The translations under genes and the position numbers were made by a program. Shown here piece by piece: positions 25,851 through 39,107 of a stretch of DNA of 64,000 bases (the stretch's first letter is position 1; each line of letters starts with the position of its first letter). Source of the stretch: Octopus vulgaris (taxonomy: Eukaryota). The DNA is taken from NCBI GenBank assembly GCA_951406725.2, contig OX597818.1, positions 80,662,001-80,726,000 on the forward strand. The letters are read 5' to 3'. Below the pieces are notes generated by a model. That model made no database searches, was not told where the DNA came from, and saw only the letters and a list, made by a program, of their open reading frames with translations.

Positions 25851-26425
25851 GTATATGTGTATGGTGCTTCCACGTAGTTTCTGTCTACTCAAAAAGTATT
25901 GGTCAACTAGAGGCTATAGTAGAAGACACTTGCCCAAGGTACCGCGCTGTGGGACTGCAGCAATACTGGAGCACCGCCTTGAAGGGTTTTAGTTGAACAA
26001 ATCGACCCCAAGACTTTTTTAAAGCCTAGTTTTTATTCTATCGTCCCCTTTTGCCGAACCGCTAAGTTACGGAGACGTAAACACACCAACACCAGTTGTC
26101 AGGCGGTGATGAAGCGACACACACACACATACATACATACATACACACATACACACATACACACACACATACATACACACACATACATACATACACACAT
26201 ACATACATACACACACGCGCACACACACACACACATACATACATACATACACACATACATACACACATACACACACACACATACACACACACATATGTAT
26301 ATGACGGGCTTCTTTCACTTTCCGTTAACCAAATCCACTCACAAGGCTTTGGTCAGCACGAGACTCTAGTAAAAGACGCTCGCTACACAGTGGGATTGAA
26401 CCTGGGACAATGTGGTTGAGAAGCG
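25583..26425 (-). mobile_element. Head-to-tail dimer of family A SINEs with long (CA/TACA)n
   Basis: First copy switches into the tail of the second at the shared GGACTG at ~25953-25958. Confidence 0.8.
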
Positions 26426-27999
26426 TCTATATTAATTGTCTACTAACTTCTATATTAATGTAACATTAACGTCCTTTATCTTAATTCAACATGAACGTTC
26501 CAGCATTAAACTTTTACCTCACTATATTATTAACATTGACGTCCCAATATTACTTCAAAAGCCAACATTAAGGAAAATATATCTTACGAAAACATTGCGT
26601 GTAATGATAGTTTCTCCACTGGACTTCCCATATTTTCTTCAGGTTAAGAATTGCAGGTCTAGATAAAAGACATCTGTTTATTTGCTTGCTACCTTAAAAC
26701 TTATATTAATTATATTATTTATTTATTTATTTATTTATCAAATATCCATTAAGCCATAGTTTCTTTCATCGACAAAACAATTTTTGGGGGTCAGTAAACC
26801 AGTTCCATTCATGTCTTTATAGTCTTTATATCAAAATATTCAGTGAACATTTTCTAAAGAAATTCAATTTTTCACGCCATCTTGTCATACAATAATAATA
26901 ACAACACTATATCCATGATGTGAAGACCCGTACAGATAGTGTGTGCTTTTAGATATCTTTCCAAGTGGAAGACGTTTTATTCAGCTACAGCTGCCAATGA
27001 AAAAGACCGTGTTTCAGTCGTTGAGTATTTATTATAAACCTTATCATCTAATTTCCTGTGTCTCATTATCTTAACGTTCTTCTCTAGCTGTAGATCTATA
27101 GTTTTACATAAAGGATATGCAATAATCGTTGAAATTATGTCACTGATAATTATTTGTGTCTTTCTGTAGTCAAAAGCAAGAGGGAGGACAACTTTTTTTA
27201 ATTGTTTTTTGTTGTTGCTCTTCTTTGTTTGTTTTTAGAGCGTGTATTTAAGAAACTTGAAGTCGACGCTTTTCTTCGTACAATAAATGGTGTCACAGAT
27301 GTTAATTTAGTAGATTATTTGACAAATGGCGACCAGTGTTGATTTGTCCTTTTATAACTCAGAAAAGCAAATCTGTGAAGATGCGTGGCCTGGTGGTTAG
27401 GCTGTTGCACTTACTATCACCAGATCGTGGGTTCGATTCCCTGACTGGGCGGCGCGTTGTGTTCTTGTGCAAAACACTTCATTTTACATTGCTCCAGTCC
27501 CCCTTCGATCAGGAGGAAATGTTGGCCTGCTCGCCTCGCCAGCGGGTTGGCGTCATCTGAAGGCTAAAACAATGCAAAAGTGCATTGTGACCAGCGATGT
27601 GTAACATTTGATATCCTGGTCCGTCACGTGATCACGTGTCGCGACAGTCATGCATGCATACATACATACATACATACGTACATACATACATACATACATA
27701 CATAAGTTTCTTCTACTATAGCTCTAGGCTATAGTAGAGTGAATTTCGTCGTGTATACATTTGTGTGTCCCTAACTACTGTTTAACAACCAGTGTTGGTT
27801 TGTTTCCGTACACCTAACTTAGCGGTTCGGTAATGGACACTAATAAGTTACCGGATTTTTTAAAAAAAAGATTAGTCATGGGGTCGATTTGTTCGAATAA
27901 AACCCGTCAAGGTGGTGCCCCTGCATGGCCGTTGTTCAATAATTGGAACAAGTAAAAGGTGGGGAAAGATATACACACATACATATATTATTATTATTA

Positions 28000-28386
28000 C
28001 TAGCAGTATCGCCCAGCGTTACTCGGGTTTGTTTCGACCCTTTAGAATTGGAATATTTGAAAAGTAAAAACTTTGCATTATGTAGCTTGTTATTCTCCTT
28101 AAGTGAATATTTTTCTGGTTGAAATACATCGAAAAATGGCGACACAACAGTCGTAAAAAAAATAAGGATTTTCATAGAAAAAAAAACACCTTTTTGATGT
28201 AAATAATTTTTTGTGTTAACATGGTCCAATTTGAATTTTTTCTTCTACGGAAGGAAGAGCAAGCCTTCTTTTATCATACTCTGAATTTTGGTCAACTTGC
28301 GCCGCGGGGTCTCGAAGGAGATAGTGTTAGTTGAAGGCTACAAAACCTGCCATACACAGACAACTTCAGCTTTATATATAGAGAGA
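28000..28386 (-). mobile_element. Non-autonomous Helitron, both termini present
   Basis: Minus strand: A|TCtctctatatataaagctg ... hairpin cccgagtaacgctggg ... CTAG|T; inserted at an AT site with no TSD. Confidence 0.85.
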
Positions 28387-28394
28387 TTATTATC

Positions 28395-28658
28395 ATCATC
28401 ATTTTAACGACCGCTTTCCGTATGGGTCGGAATGAATTTGTCGAGACAGATTCTCTGCAGCTGGATACCTTTCCTGCTCCCAACCCTTCCCTGTTTCTAA
28501 GAAAGGTAATATTTTGCCATGGCCAGACATGTTTTTGGTGGAAGATTGGTAGCAATGAGAACTGCTTCTTTGAATGACAGTGATACTCGTATACAACTAT
28601 CGCGTGATGTCAAGACAATATTCTGCATGGAACAGCTACACAGAGTGGCAACAAACAT

Positions 28659-28660
<2 letters not shown>
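28395..28660 (-). mobile_element. SINE with RTE-like AGGAAGGGCATCC / (TGA)n tail (family D)
   Basis: Same tail at 85-300(-), 32860-33075, 36375-36495(-), 38385-38600(-), 45620-45745 and 55700-55860. Confidence 0.7.
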
Positions 28661-28714
<54 letters not shown>

Positions 28715-28975
28715 TATAGTTGAAAAGGGGTTAAGAATCCATTTAAAGGTAAAAAGTAAAAGTGGAAAGAACACGGAAGTATTTTAAAGATTCTTTTCCT
28801 TTAATCGGATAACATATATCTATATATACAAAACTGAGAATGTGTGTATGTGTGCATCACTAAAACTCGAGAACTACCCAACCGATTTACTGCTGAGGAA
28901 GTGAAACATCGTGGCGTGCAAGTAATATAAACCTTTTCTCACGTGTATATATATAAATGTTATATGTGTGATTTA

Positions 28976-29182
28976 CAAGGGGATGCTGAGAAGTTCCTAG
29001 CTTTAAGGGTGTCACGAAAGGCTTGGTCGGAGGCCCAACGTTCCGAGTTCTTTCTACAGGGTTTAGAAATACTGAAGGACCGCTGCAATAAGTGTGTGAA
29101 TCTGAGAGGGGAATAAGTTGACTAAAATTATAATTAACTGATCCTTCTGTATTTTCTTTTTACCAAAGCCAGCAGCTCCTCG
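28976..29182 (+). mobile_element. Internally deleted mariner element retaining the transposase C-terminus
   Basis: TA|caaggggatgctgagaagttcctagcttt ... aaagccagcagctcctcg|TA; internal GLEILKDRCNKCVNLRGE*VD* fits the mariner C-terminal LxxRWxKCxxxxGxY motif. Confidence 0.85.
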
Positions 29183-31234
29183 TATATAGAGTTACAATAA
29201 CACGTGCACAGACAGGTATATTGATTGAGAAAAATATTTCTAAATTCATGAGAAAGAATGGTAACTACTAGTTTGAGACATAAAATTTCTTTCGGAAAAT
29301 GCTTAGAACCATCCTCAGGCCACATAACGTATCGATATCGGAGACCGAGATCTTTAAAAACCACTGTCCCTGAAGTAATCTCTCAGTCTATGATATATAT
29401 TTCATTAACTTCAATTTTTCTTGATGCATATTACTGAACAGAGTGGGTAATGACTTCCAGACAACTGTAATGGTTATTTTGAAAAATTCCAGTCTGATAG
29501 GAGTGGTATAATTTCGGTCTGATGCCTGACGAAGATCCAAAATATTTCCGACAACATTTATCCGAAGGAAATTTTGGATCTATAACTAGGAGTTGCTCTT
29601 CTTCCACTAGAATTTAATATAATTTTTCTGAGTCATAAATAATTTCTTTTTATCCGAACACTCTTTATTTCTGACTTTCCAATTCAGTTTTTATATAGAC
29701 CTATACATACGTAATGTAAGAGAAAGGACAGTATTTTGAAAGAAAGAAAATAAAAATTGTAAATCTGCACTTTAGTCTCCCAAACGATTTTGAATAAAAT
29801 CTAAGCTCTGGTTATAAATAAAAAGAGCAGAGCTTTTTGCCTAACGTGCTGTTTAGTGTTCGAAATAAAGAGAAAATGAAATAAATTGCCCCGAAAGTAA
29901 GAACAGTTATATTTTCATAATTGCACATGAGTACAATCTATAAAACAATACATATATATGTATTTTATATAACACAAAAAGGATGTTGAGGATGATGTAT
30001 AATGTAAGAACTTGAATATAGTGTATAGATCATACTTATATTTAAATAATATGAATTATACATGAATGTATAAAGCATACATATATATTTCACTGTCATC
30101 ACTTCCGGCAAAATTTAGTGTCACTTTTTTTTTTACGAGACTAAACTGCATATTAACCGAAGATCTAATGTTCTGTTTATTATAAACAAGAGGTAAATTT
30201 TTTATTCAAAATCGTTTTGTCGTTAAACGTTTCAAATTTAAAATTATCTTTCCTGTTGGATTTCATTGATTTATTTTACAGATTAACATATTTTAACATA
30301 TCTTCTTTTAAATAAATTTATATATATATATATATATATATATACGTACGTACACTTTGGTCTCTTATATGTAAGTATATATATATATATAGTCAACTTA
30401 GTCAACGTTGTTTTTATTTTATTTATTTTTTAAACAAGTTACAACTTATAACCTTATTTCCATTTTAATCGGTTTCCTATCTAAACAAGAAACACGATCA
30501 AAGGAAAGACACAATCAAAGGAAGGAGTCTCCAGACAAGAGGACGTCAGGGGAGAGAGGGAGGAACTGTGTGTGTGTGTGTGTGTGTGTGTTCGTTATAG
30601 AGATCACTGATTCTGTTCGGTGTCTGACTGCTGAACATGATCAACGCTTTATATGTATAAAAAAAATGCTGAAAACGCTTTTATCTCTCACGTGACCCAG
30701 TCCAAAAAGCTGTAAATAGATATCAGTCGGTAATTAAACTACGGTTTATGAGTATCCCGTGAAGATTGGAGACGGATTTTGTTACATAATGTTTCTGCAC
30801 GAGGACCAGTTAGACTTGCCTAGCGGAGACACCCTCGTAGGTGGGAGCTTGCCGCCGTCACTGAACAACGAATGGAGGAAAAAAAGAGAAAAAAACCAAG
30901 CTGTAGTCTTTATCTTAAAATATTGTAAATGGCATAAACCTAACCTTGATATTGGAGTTCGTTTCGAGAGAAACCAGAAGCAAGAGTATCAAAATGCATA
31001 TCAAAAGGATTCTGTTTCTGAGAGGAAATTCCGACCGGCTTATATACTGATAAAAATGGCTAACTTTCAGGAGTATTTTGTTCAGGAATTTTCTGTTCTG
31101 AGTTCGAATTTGCACTTCGTTGATTTCAGGCCAATAAAATAAAGTACCATTGATGTACCGGAGTCGATGGTAATTGACCCCCTTCCACACAAAATTAACA
31201 TTATTATTATTATTATTATTATTATTATCATCAT

Positions 31235-31730
31235 CATCGAGTGAGAGAGAGTAGTGCATCCCATCAAAGTGACACTGGGGTAAAATATACGAAGCTCAGT
31301 ATACCCATCATGACTACTCGTCTGAAAAGGGTACACCTTGCACATGCATCACAACCATATATGCCCGACATGGTGATCGCATATCAAGATAAACAGTGCA
31401 TGACCTTGCAGGTGGGGCCCAGTTAGAATTCTCTTCAGGTTGAGTATCCTATCCCGCTCAAAAGGTCCCTGAATAAGGGTTGTTTAAGGATGTTGAACGA
31501 ACCACCCATGTTTTCAGAGGTGAATTATCCAAGCCCCAAAGAATTCCTCTCAACACATGGCTATGATGCTCCCTCCCTACTTCTGCTAGTGATTTGAGAT
31601 GTACATATCGTCAGCCACTAAGGGACATGTTCAACTGGTTAAGGTCAAACAACTGACAAGCAATTCTGTGGTATTGAGCAGAATATTTGCTGTAGCCATT
31701 CTTTTTACCAAGACAAAACAATGTACATAA
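31235..31730. mobile_element. Unclassified ~500-bp insert between two (TAT)n tracts
   Basis: Complex sequence sharply bounded by (TAT)n/(CAT)n on the left and (TAT)n on the right. Confidence 0.4.
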
Positions 31731-31772
31731 CTATTATTATTATTATTATTATTATTATTGTTATTATTATTA

Positions 31773-31855
<83 letters not shown>

Positions 31856-31869
31856 GTTGTTGTTGTTGT

Positions 31870-32400
31870 TTGATGAAAATTCGCAGCTTATTTTGCTGGG
31901 TATGATGGAAAGTGTCAGCTGTCCACAGCCAGCAGACTAAGGTAGCATTTATTTACTGGTCATGCTTTAAGAACCCTGCGAAGAATTCTTGCACTTGCAA
32001 ACAATGCTGATTTTTGTTGGTGATCTACCTTTACATTTGTACCAATCTTTTTGAGCCATGTTGGTAGTTGAGTGCAGATACTTCCAAGTGAGCCAATTAC
32101 CATTGGTACCACGTCTACTCTCCGCATTGACCACAACCTTCGTATTTCCCACTTCAAATCGTCGTAGTTGTTCAGTGTTTCTTCTTCTTTTTCTTTGATC
32201 TTGTCACCGGGACATGCTGTGTCGATTATCATGTATGCTCTTTTTTTTCTTTTCGCCACAACAATGTCTGGTTTCTGGTGTCTAGTCAGATGATCGCACT
32301 GAATCATTGCATCCCACAAGATTTTGCAATTTTCATTCTCGGTGACTCCTTCTGAGGTTTGCTCATACCACGTCTTTGCTCCTTGTAAGCCGTGATTTCC
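31870..32400 (-). pseudogene. 5'-truncated R4/Dong-like non-LTR retrotransposon: restriction-like endonuclease C-terminus plus 3' UTR
   Basis: WYEQTSEGVTENENCKILWD...HQKPDIVV...IIDTACP...YDDL...VVPMVIGSLG...ARILRRVL (PD-(D/E)xK REL domain); 3' end runs into (CAA)n(TAA)n. Confidence 0.85.
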
Positions 32401-33184
32401 ACATCATCATCATCATCATCACCATCACCACCACCACCACCACGATGATGATGATGATGATGGCGGCGATGAGTTGGCAGAATCGTTAGCACGTTCTGAG
32501 TTCAAATTCACTGAAGTCGACTCTGCCTTTCATCCTTTCGAGGATCGATAAAATCAGTGCTAGTTGAGTACTGGTCCTTTTTTATCGATGTAATCGACTG
32601 TCCCCTCTCCCCAAATTTCCGTCTTTGTGCCTATAATAGAAAGGATTATTATTATTATTATTATTATTAAGTGCAACCGTAGCTATGTAGTAAGAAATTT
32701 GCTTCCCAACCACATGGTTTCAGTTCTAGTTGCGTTGCATGACACCTCGGGCAAATATCTTCTGCTATAGCCACAGGCTGACCGAAAACTTCTGAGTGGA
32801 TTTGGTAAGATGGAAACTGAGGGAAGCCTTTTGAGTGTGTGTGTGTATTATTATTTTCTTATCTTGATAGCTGTAAATGAGCGTCACTGTCATGTATGCG
32901 GTGTTCTCCTTCCAGTTTTCTGTGAACATGTGCCTAGTCATGGAGAGATGCTACCTTGCCTGGAAACAGGTGAGGTTGAAGACAGGAAGGGCATCTGACT
33001 ATAGAATCCCCCTTAAAATTCTGCCTGGCTCATGTAAGCATGGATAAGTGGACATTAAGCCGATCATGATGATGAATGAATACGATGGCTATTATGCAAG
33101 TCTGCAAGCCGGTAGAATCGTTAGCACGCCGGACAAAATACTCAGATACACTCGTTTATTCATACGAACGTAACTGAGATGAAA

Positions 33185-33466
33185 TATGTCATAAATAACA
33201 GTGACAAACGAAATATAAACCGCCAGAAGTTGTTGTTGACAAACAACAGCAGTAATTTTATTCAGCTGAATACACGTCATTGATTGGTTGAAATTACCGA
33301 AATACGACAACTTTAACACGAAATAACTTCGAAAATAGAAACTTTTCTCATCAATTCTGAGAGTAAAAGATGTTCTATATGACACATTCTACCAGTATAC
33401 GAAGTTTCAAAGTGTTTATTTAAAGAAAATTAATCAATTGGGCTGCCCATGAAAAGGAAAAGATCT
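33185..33466. mobile_element. Right arm of the foldback MITE family (see 54865-55507)
   Basis: tgtcataaataacagtgacaaacg...aaaggaaaagatc matches 55226-55507. Confidence 0.8.
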
Positions 33467-33879
33467 CAGTTGAGTACTGGTGTCGATGTAATCGACTATA
33501 TACCTCCCCACCAAATTTCAGGCATTGTGCCTATAATCGAAAACTGACAAAAATAATTTGTATATCCCACAAAATACTCCCGGATTCTTTATATTTTGAG
33601 TTCTTCCGGATCTTTATATCCTGAGTTCAAATCATGCTATGGTCGACTTTCCTTTTTTTCCTTTTGGGTTCGATAGAATTACCAGTCAAATACTGGGGTC
33701 ACTATAATCGACTACACCTTGCTCTTCACTATTGCTGGCTTTGTGGCGAAAATCGAAACCAATGCTGCCAATGTTACCTTTGCCCTTCATCCTTTGAGGG
33801 AGCACAAAACGTGACGTAAGCAACTAAACCCCTCCCCTGAAATTGCTGGCGTTGTGCTAAAATTTGAAGCCATTATTAT

Positions 33880-34203
33880 TTCAGTCGTGTTTGTTTGCTT
33901 GCCCGTGGACAAGATATCTCAAGAACCGCTGGATGGATTCGGATGAAACTTTCAGGGATGTTTGGCCTCGTGACTGCCACGAACTGATTAGTTTTTGGGA
34001 TCGATCCGGTACCGAACAAAGATTCTGGGCTATTTTTCCTGTTTTTTTTGTTTGTTAGTTTTTTTTTTTACTAATTTTTGAGAGCGGTCGGGTTCATTTT
34101 CAGTATTCCCTTTTGTGAGAGCAGTCGAGTTTATTTCAGATATTCATATTTTAAAAACATCTCTAGGTGTTGCCTTGGCGGAGGTTTGCGCCGAGTGCTC
34201 TTG
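33880..34203 (+). mobile_element. Helentron/DINE-1-like (HINE) element
   Basis: tgtttgtttg...aagatatctcaagaaccgctggatggattcggatgaaac ... ccttggcggaggtttgcgc-cgagtgctc 3' structure. Confidence 0.65.
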
Positions 34204-34784
34204 TTGTTGTTGTTATTAAGGCGGCGGGCTGGCAGAATCGTTAGCACTCAGCGGCATTTCGTCCGTTTTTACGTTCTGAGTTCAAATTCCGCCGAGGTCG
34301 AATTTGCCTTTCATCCTTTCGGGGGTCGATAAATTAAGTACCAGTGAAACACTGAAGGTCGACGTAATCGACTCAGCCCCTCCCCCAAATTTGCTGCCCT
34401 TGTGGCAGAATTATTATTATTATTATTATTATTAGTAGTAGTAGTAGTAGTAGTACCATCACCACCACCACGATCATAAAATTGTAGCGGCTGTCTTCGG
34501 TTCTGTATGTTTGTTATTTATATTATTGTCATTCTTATTGTAAAAAGAATCAGTATTATCATTATTATTGGCATCGATAATCTGCCTTATCTATTGATCA
34601 CACGAATCGATCTTTGTCTCAATCAATATCTATCTCTGTCTGTTTTACTCTAGCTTAGATTGTGTTTATCTCTATGTAGTTCTTGTTTGATATGGACAGG
34701 GGGTTCTACTGTATAACGGCGTTCATTTGAGTGGTACACATATATATGTGTGTGTGTATATATGTGTGTATAAATGTGTCTTTA

Positions 34785-34837
<53 letters not shown>

Positions 34838-35136
34838 GTGTATATTTGTATGTATATACACATTGTTAAACTTCACTACTTTTTCATCACTTAAGGATAT
34901 TTTTGACGGAGAGGCATTATTCTGGTATGCTTGTATGTACACATATATGTATATGTGGACACATCTATATGTATAGACGTATACTTATGTATACACGCAT
35001 ATATATATATATATATATATCATGTATATGTATGTGTGCATATATAAACATTAAAATTGACAGCCATATTTGGGTTATTTCATAACAGTGAACTCAGGGC
35101 CCAGCTAAGGGGGAATCTCAGAGTAGATTGTCAACT

Positions 35137-35199
<63 letters not shown>

Positions 35200-35847
35200 C
35201 CATTCGAGCTAGTGTATTGAATTCTATTGCAGATAATGTTTGCACTATATAAAATATATCTTTACAACTGTTACATCACTAATATATATGTGTGCGTTTG
35301 AAAGAGAATATGTATGCTTGTATGCATGTATGTATATATCTGTATTAGTTGATGCCCGTATAAACATATATAATGATATAAAATGGGTATATCTTTGTGT
35401 GTGTGTGTGTTCATGCACACATACATTTCCTACAGCACATCACATCTCCTATTCCAGTCTCTGTCTGTTCCCCCTCCACCCGCTTCTTTCTTTCTTCAAA
35501 ATACATAAAAATAAAAGCACAAACGCAAAATAATGAAGGCAAACCAATCAATCGTTACGTTTGAATTATCAAATAACAGTTAGATTGTGTGTGTGTGTAT
35601 GTATGTGTATGTTAGTTTGCTTGTGTTTGTTGTTATCCTCTGTGTGTGTGTGTGTGCCTCCCTCACGCCTATCTGCTTCTGTTTGTGTCAATACTTGAAA
35701 GTGTTAAAATGGTTTTTATCATATATAATTACGTATATTATGAATGTAATTATATTTAATTATGCACTGTGTTAGTGCGTATGCATGCATACGTATGTGT
35801 ATCTACCTCCATAGATGTGTGTGCGCGTATATATATGGTTATATAAT

Positions 35848-35885
<38 letters not shown>

Positions 35886-36003
35886 GCACATATACATACA
35901 TACATATGTATATACATTTATTTATTCGTAAGGGTGTTTTGTAACCTTGCTCTAAATGCCAAGTCTATGCAAGCGAATGATATTACACACATACACACGC
36001 ACG

Positions 36004-36040
<37 letters not shown>

Positions 36041-36494
36041 ACATGCAGTATATTGACTGATATCTAAGCAGTCTGACCTGGAGGTCATTTGTAGTTCAAC
36101 GTGTAGTGAAGGCGAATAAGAGCCAATCAGGTTGAAATTACAAAATCGCGTTCATGTAATTTGTCAGATCTAAATGTTTATAGGGGTTGAACCCCCACCC
36201 AACATTGTCTCTTAAGGGTTTGTGTTCAACCCAGCATTGTCTCTTGAGGATATACCCCACCTGAAATTGTCTCTTGGTGTTCTGTACTCCACTTGAAATT
36301 GTCTGAATAAAAGATCCTCTACTCAGAGTATTAATCTGTTTAATATACCAGCGACATCCTTCCTCAAATCATTCCCATCATCATCCTTTAACGTCTGTTT
36401 TCCATGCTTGCTTGGGTTGGACAGTTTGACCAGAACTGCACCATGGTCCAATTGTTTGTTTTGGGTTAGGGCTTCTACAGTTGGATACCCTTCC

Positions 36495-36830
36495 GGATCT
36501 TTACCTTTTGACCGACAGATTTAAAAAGTAATTTTTTGTAACTAAACACTTTCAAACTTCGGACACTGGTAGAATGTGTCATATAAAACATCTTTTACTC
36601 TTAGCATTTTTGAGAAAAACTTATATTTAGGAAGTTATTTCACGTTCAAGTTGTAGTATTTCGGTAATTTCAAGCAATCAGTGACGTGTATTCAGCTAAA
36701 TAAAATTACTGCTGTTGTTTTTCAACAAGAACTGGCGGTGTATATATTTCGTTTGTCACTTATTTATGTTATTTATGACAACCCTAACACCTTAACCCTA
36801 ACCCTACAAAACCCTAACCCTAAAACCCTA
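36495..36830. mobile_element. Left arm plus (CCCTAA)-like core of the foldback MITE family
   Basis: ggatctttaccttttgaccgacag... matches 54865-55200. Confidence 0.85.
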
Positions 36831-36833
36831 AAT

Positions 36834-37224
36834 GAGAAAATGGAGAGGTAATTAATAAACTTATTTATCAATTATAAAATATGAAAATTTCTCTGACAGC
36901 TGTTTCAATTCAGAAATCTTTAGGTAATTAATTCATAAAATTAAAATCATTATAAGATGAATCTCTTCAGAGATAGTAAGGATATACCGATTAGAAATAC
37001 ATGTCGAGATAACAGCTATGAAATCATTAACTCGTTTCTTAACCATTATCTCAAAATGAATTTCTAATCCGTATATCTTTACTAACTCTGAAGAGATTCA
37101 TCTTATAATGGTTTTAATTTTACAAATTAATTATCTAAAGATTTCTGAATTGAAACAGCTGTCAGAGATGTTGTCATATTTTATAATTGATAAATAATTT
37201 TATTAATTACCTTTCCATTTTCTC
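36834..37224. mobile_element. Second foldback MITE, ~180-bp inverted arms
   Basis: gagaaaatggagaggtaattaataaa ... ttttattaattacctttccattttctc, complementary along most of its length. Confidence 0.85.
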
Positions 37225-37253
37225 CTTATTCTTTATATATCAATACACACACA

Positions 37254-37310
<57 letters not shown>

Positions 37311-37869
37311 ATACACACATAGCAGGCTCTACTTACATGGCTTTGGTCAGCTTGGTGTTGTAGAAGACACTTGCTCAAGGGGCCCCATGGTGGGAATGAA
37401 CCCAAAACCATGTAGTTGAGAAGCAAACTTCTTACAACACAACTATGTTATGATAAGCATAAAATGCTATATTTAGTGGAAGAGTAAATGAAATGTTTTG
37501 GTGTTCATGGTTTTCCCTACATTATTCACTCCATTATTTAAGTGGAGCTAGCTTTTCTAAATATAGAGGTTTCTTTGCCAGTGTTTTTTTAGGAGAGGCC
37601 AAATCTAGATTGTTTGGCATGCACACTTACTGACATTTATTGCAAAAAAAAATGTTTGGAATGTCACATGTAAAACTGAAGTGAAAGGAAAACAAGCTTT
37701 AGATTAAAAGGGAATAAAAACTGGTTTCATATGACACTAGCAGCTCTACGGTATCTCCGAAATGACTTACACTACTGAAAAAGGTATGAACAAGAACATA
37801 TCTTGTTAAACCCTTTTCTTAAAAATATGTGATAGTGTGTTGTTAGGCAAAAGAAAGCAATATTAGAAA

Positions 37870-38290
37870 AATAATTTAGTATCATAGATATGGCTGTGTA
37901 GTAAGAAGCTTCTCAACCACCTGGTTCCAGGTTCAGTCCTGCTGTGTGACACCTTGGGCAAGTGTCTTCTATAGCCTCTGGCCAACCAAAACCTTGTGAG
38001 TGGATTTGTTAGACAGAAATTGAAAGAAGTCCTTTGTGTGTGTATATATAAATATATGTGTGTTGTGTGTCTTTGTGTCTGTGTTTGCCCCTCCCCTTGC
38101 TCCTATCGCTTGACAGTCGATGTTGGTGTGTTTATGTCCCTGTAATTTAGCAGTTCGGCAAAAGAGACCAATAGAATAAGTACAAAGAATAAGTCCTGGC
38201 ATTGATTACTTTGACTAAAATTCTCCCAGGTAGTGCTCCAGCATGGCTGCAGTCTAATGACTGAAACAAGTGAAAGAATAAGAGAATATT
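37870..38290 (+). mobile_element. Family A SINE, CpG-decayed
   Basis: Full head-to-tail match with many CG>TG/CA changes. Confidence 0.85.
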
Positions 38291-39057
38291 AATTAGGTTT
38301 AATTCAGTAAAAGTTAATGAGAAATGATAGGTGCAACGTATATTATACAATACATGGAACAACAAAAATCTAATCTAGACCATTATTATTTTGAAGTCCT
38401 TTTTCCATCCATGCAAGAGTAAGACAGAATTTATTAAGGTAGACTTTTCTATGGCTGGATGCACTTCCTGTTGCCAACCCTCACCTATTTCAAAGCAACA
38501 TAGTATTTCCCCATCACCAGACATTTTCACAAAATATTGGAAATGAAGACCGATACTTATTTGTAAGACAGTGACACTCATTTACAAAAGTCATGTGTTG
38601 TCAAGACAAAAATACAAATATACACACATACACACACAACACACACATGCACACACATACACAGATATGATGGGCTTCTTTCAGTTTCCGTCTATTAAGT
38701 CCACTCTCAAGGCTTTGGTCTGTGCAGGATTGCAGAAGAAAACACTTACCTAAGGTACCACACAGTGGGACAGAACTCAGAACCATGTGGTTTGGGACCA
38801 AACTTCTTAACCACACAGCCATATCTACACCTAACTACAAATAAATATTTTGCGAGGTGGGGAGAGGGCGGCAGAAAACAAATCAATGAAGGCTGGTTTC
38901 AATTTCCAATTGCAAGGTTATCCCTTCATCTCAGTTAATAATACCAAAGGGAAAAGCATGAATGCCTCAGCTTCTTGTCTTCTGTTTCCTAAGCATATGT
39001 TATTGAGTCAAAAGAAATTGATATTTAGAAAAATTGGTTTTGGAAAAGCTGTTGGTA

Positions 39058-39107
<50 letters not shown>

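Noticed and set aside
25693-26419. His/Thr- and Val/Cys-rich ORFs
   Set aside because: Translations of (CA)n/(TACA)n microsatellites inside SINEs
28888-28912. Hammerhead-like ctgctgaggaagtgaaac
   Set aside because: No stem II or stem I pairing can be drawn
31758-31940. Poly-Leu and poly-Asn ORFs (also 303-551, 59058-59246)
   Set aside because: (TAT)n/(TAA)n microsatellites
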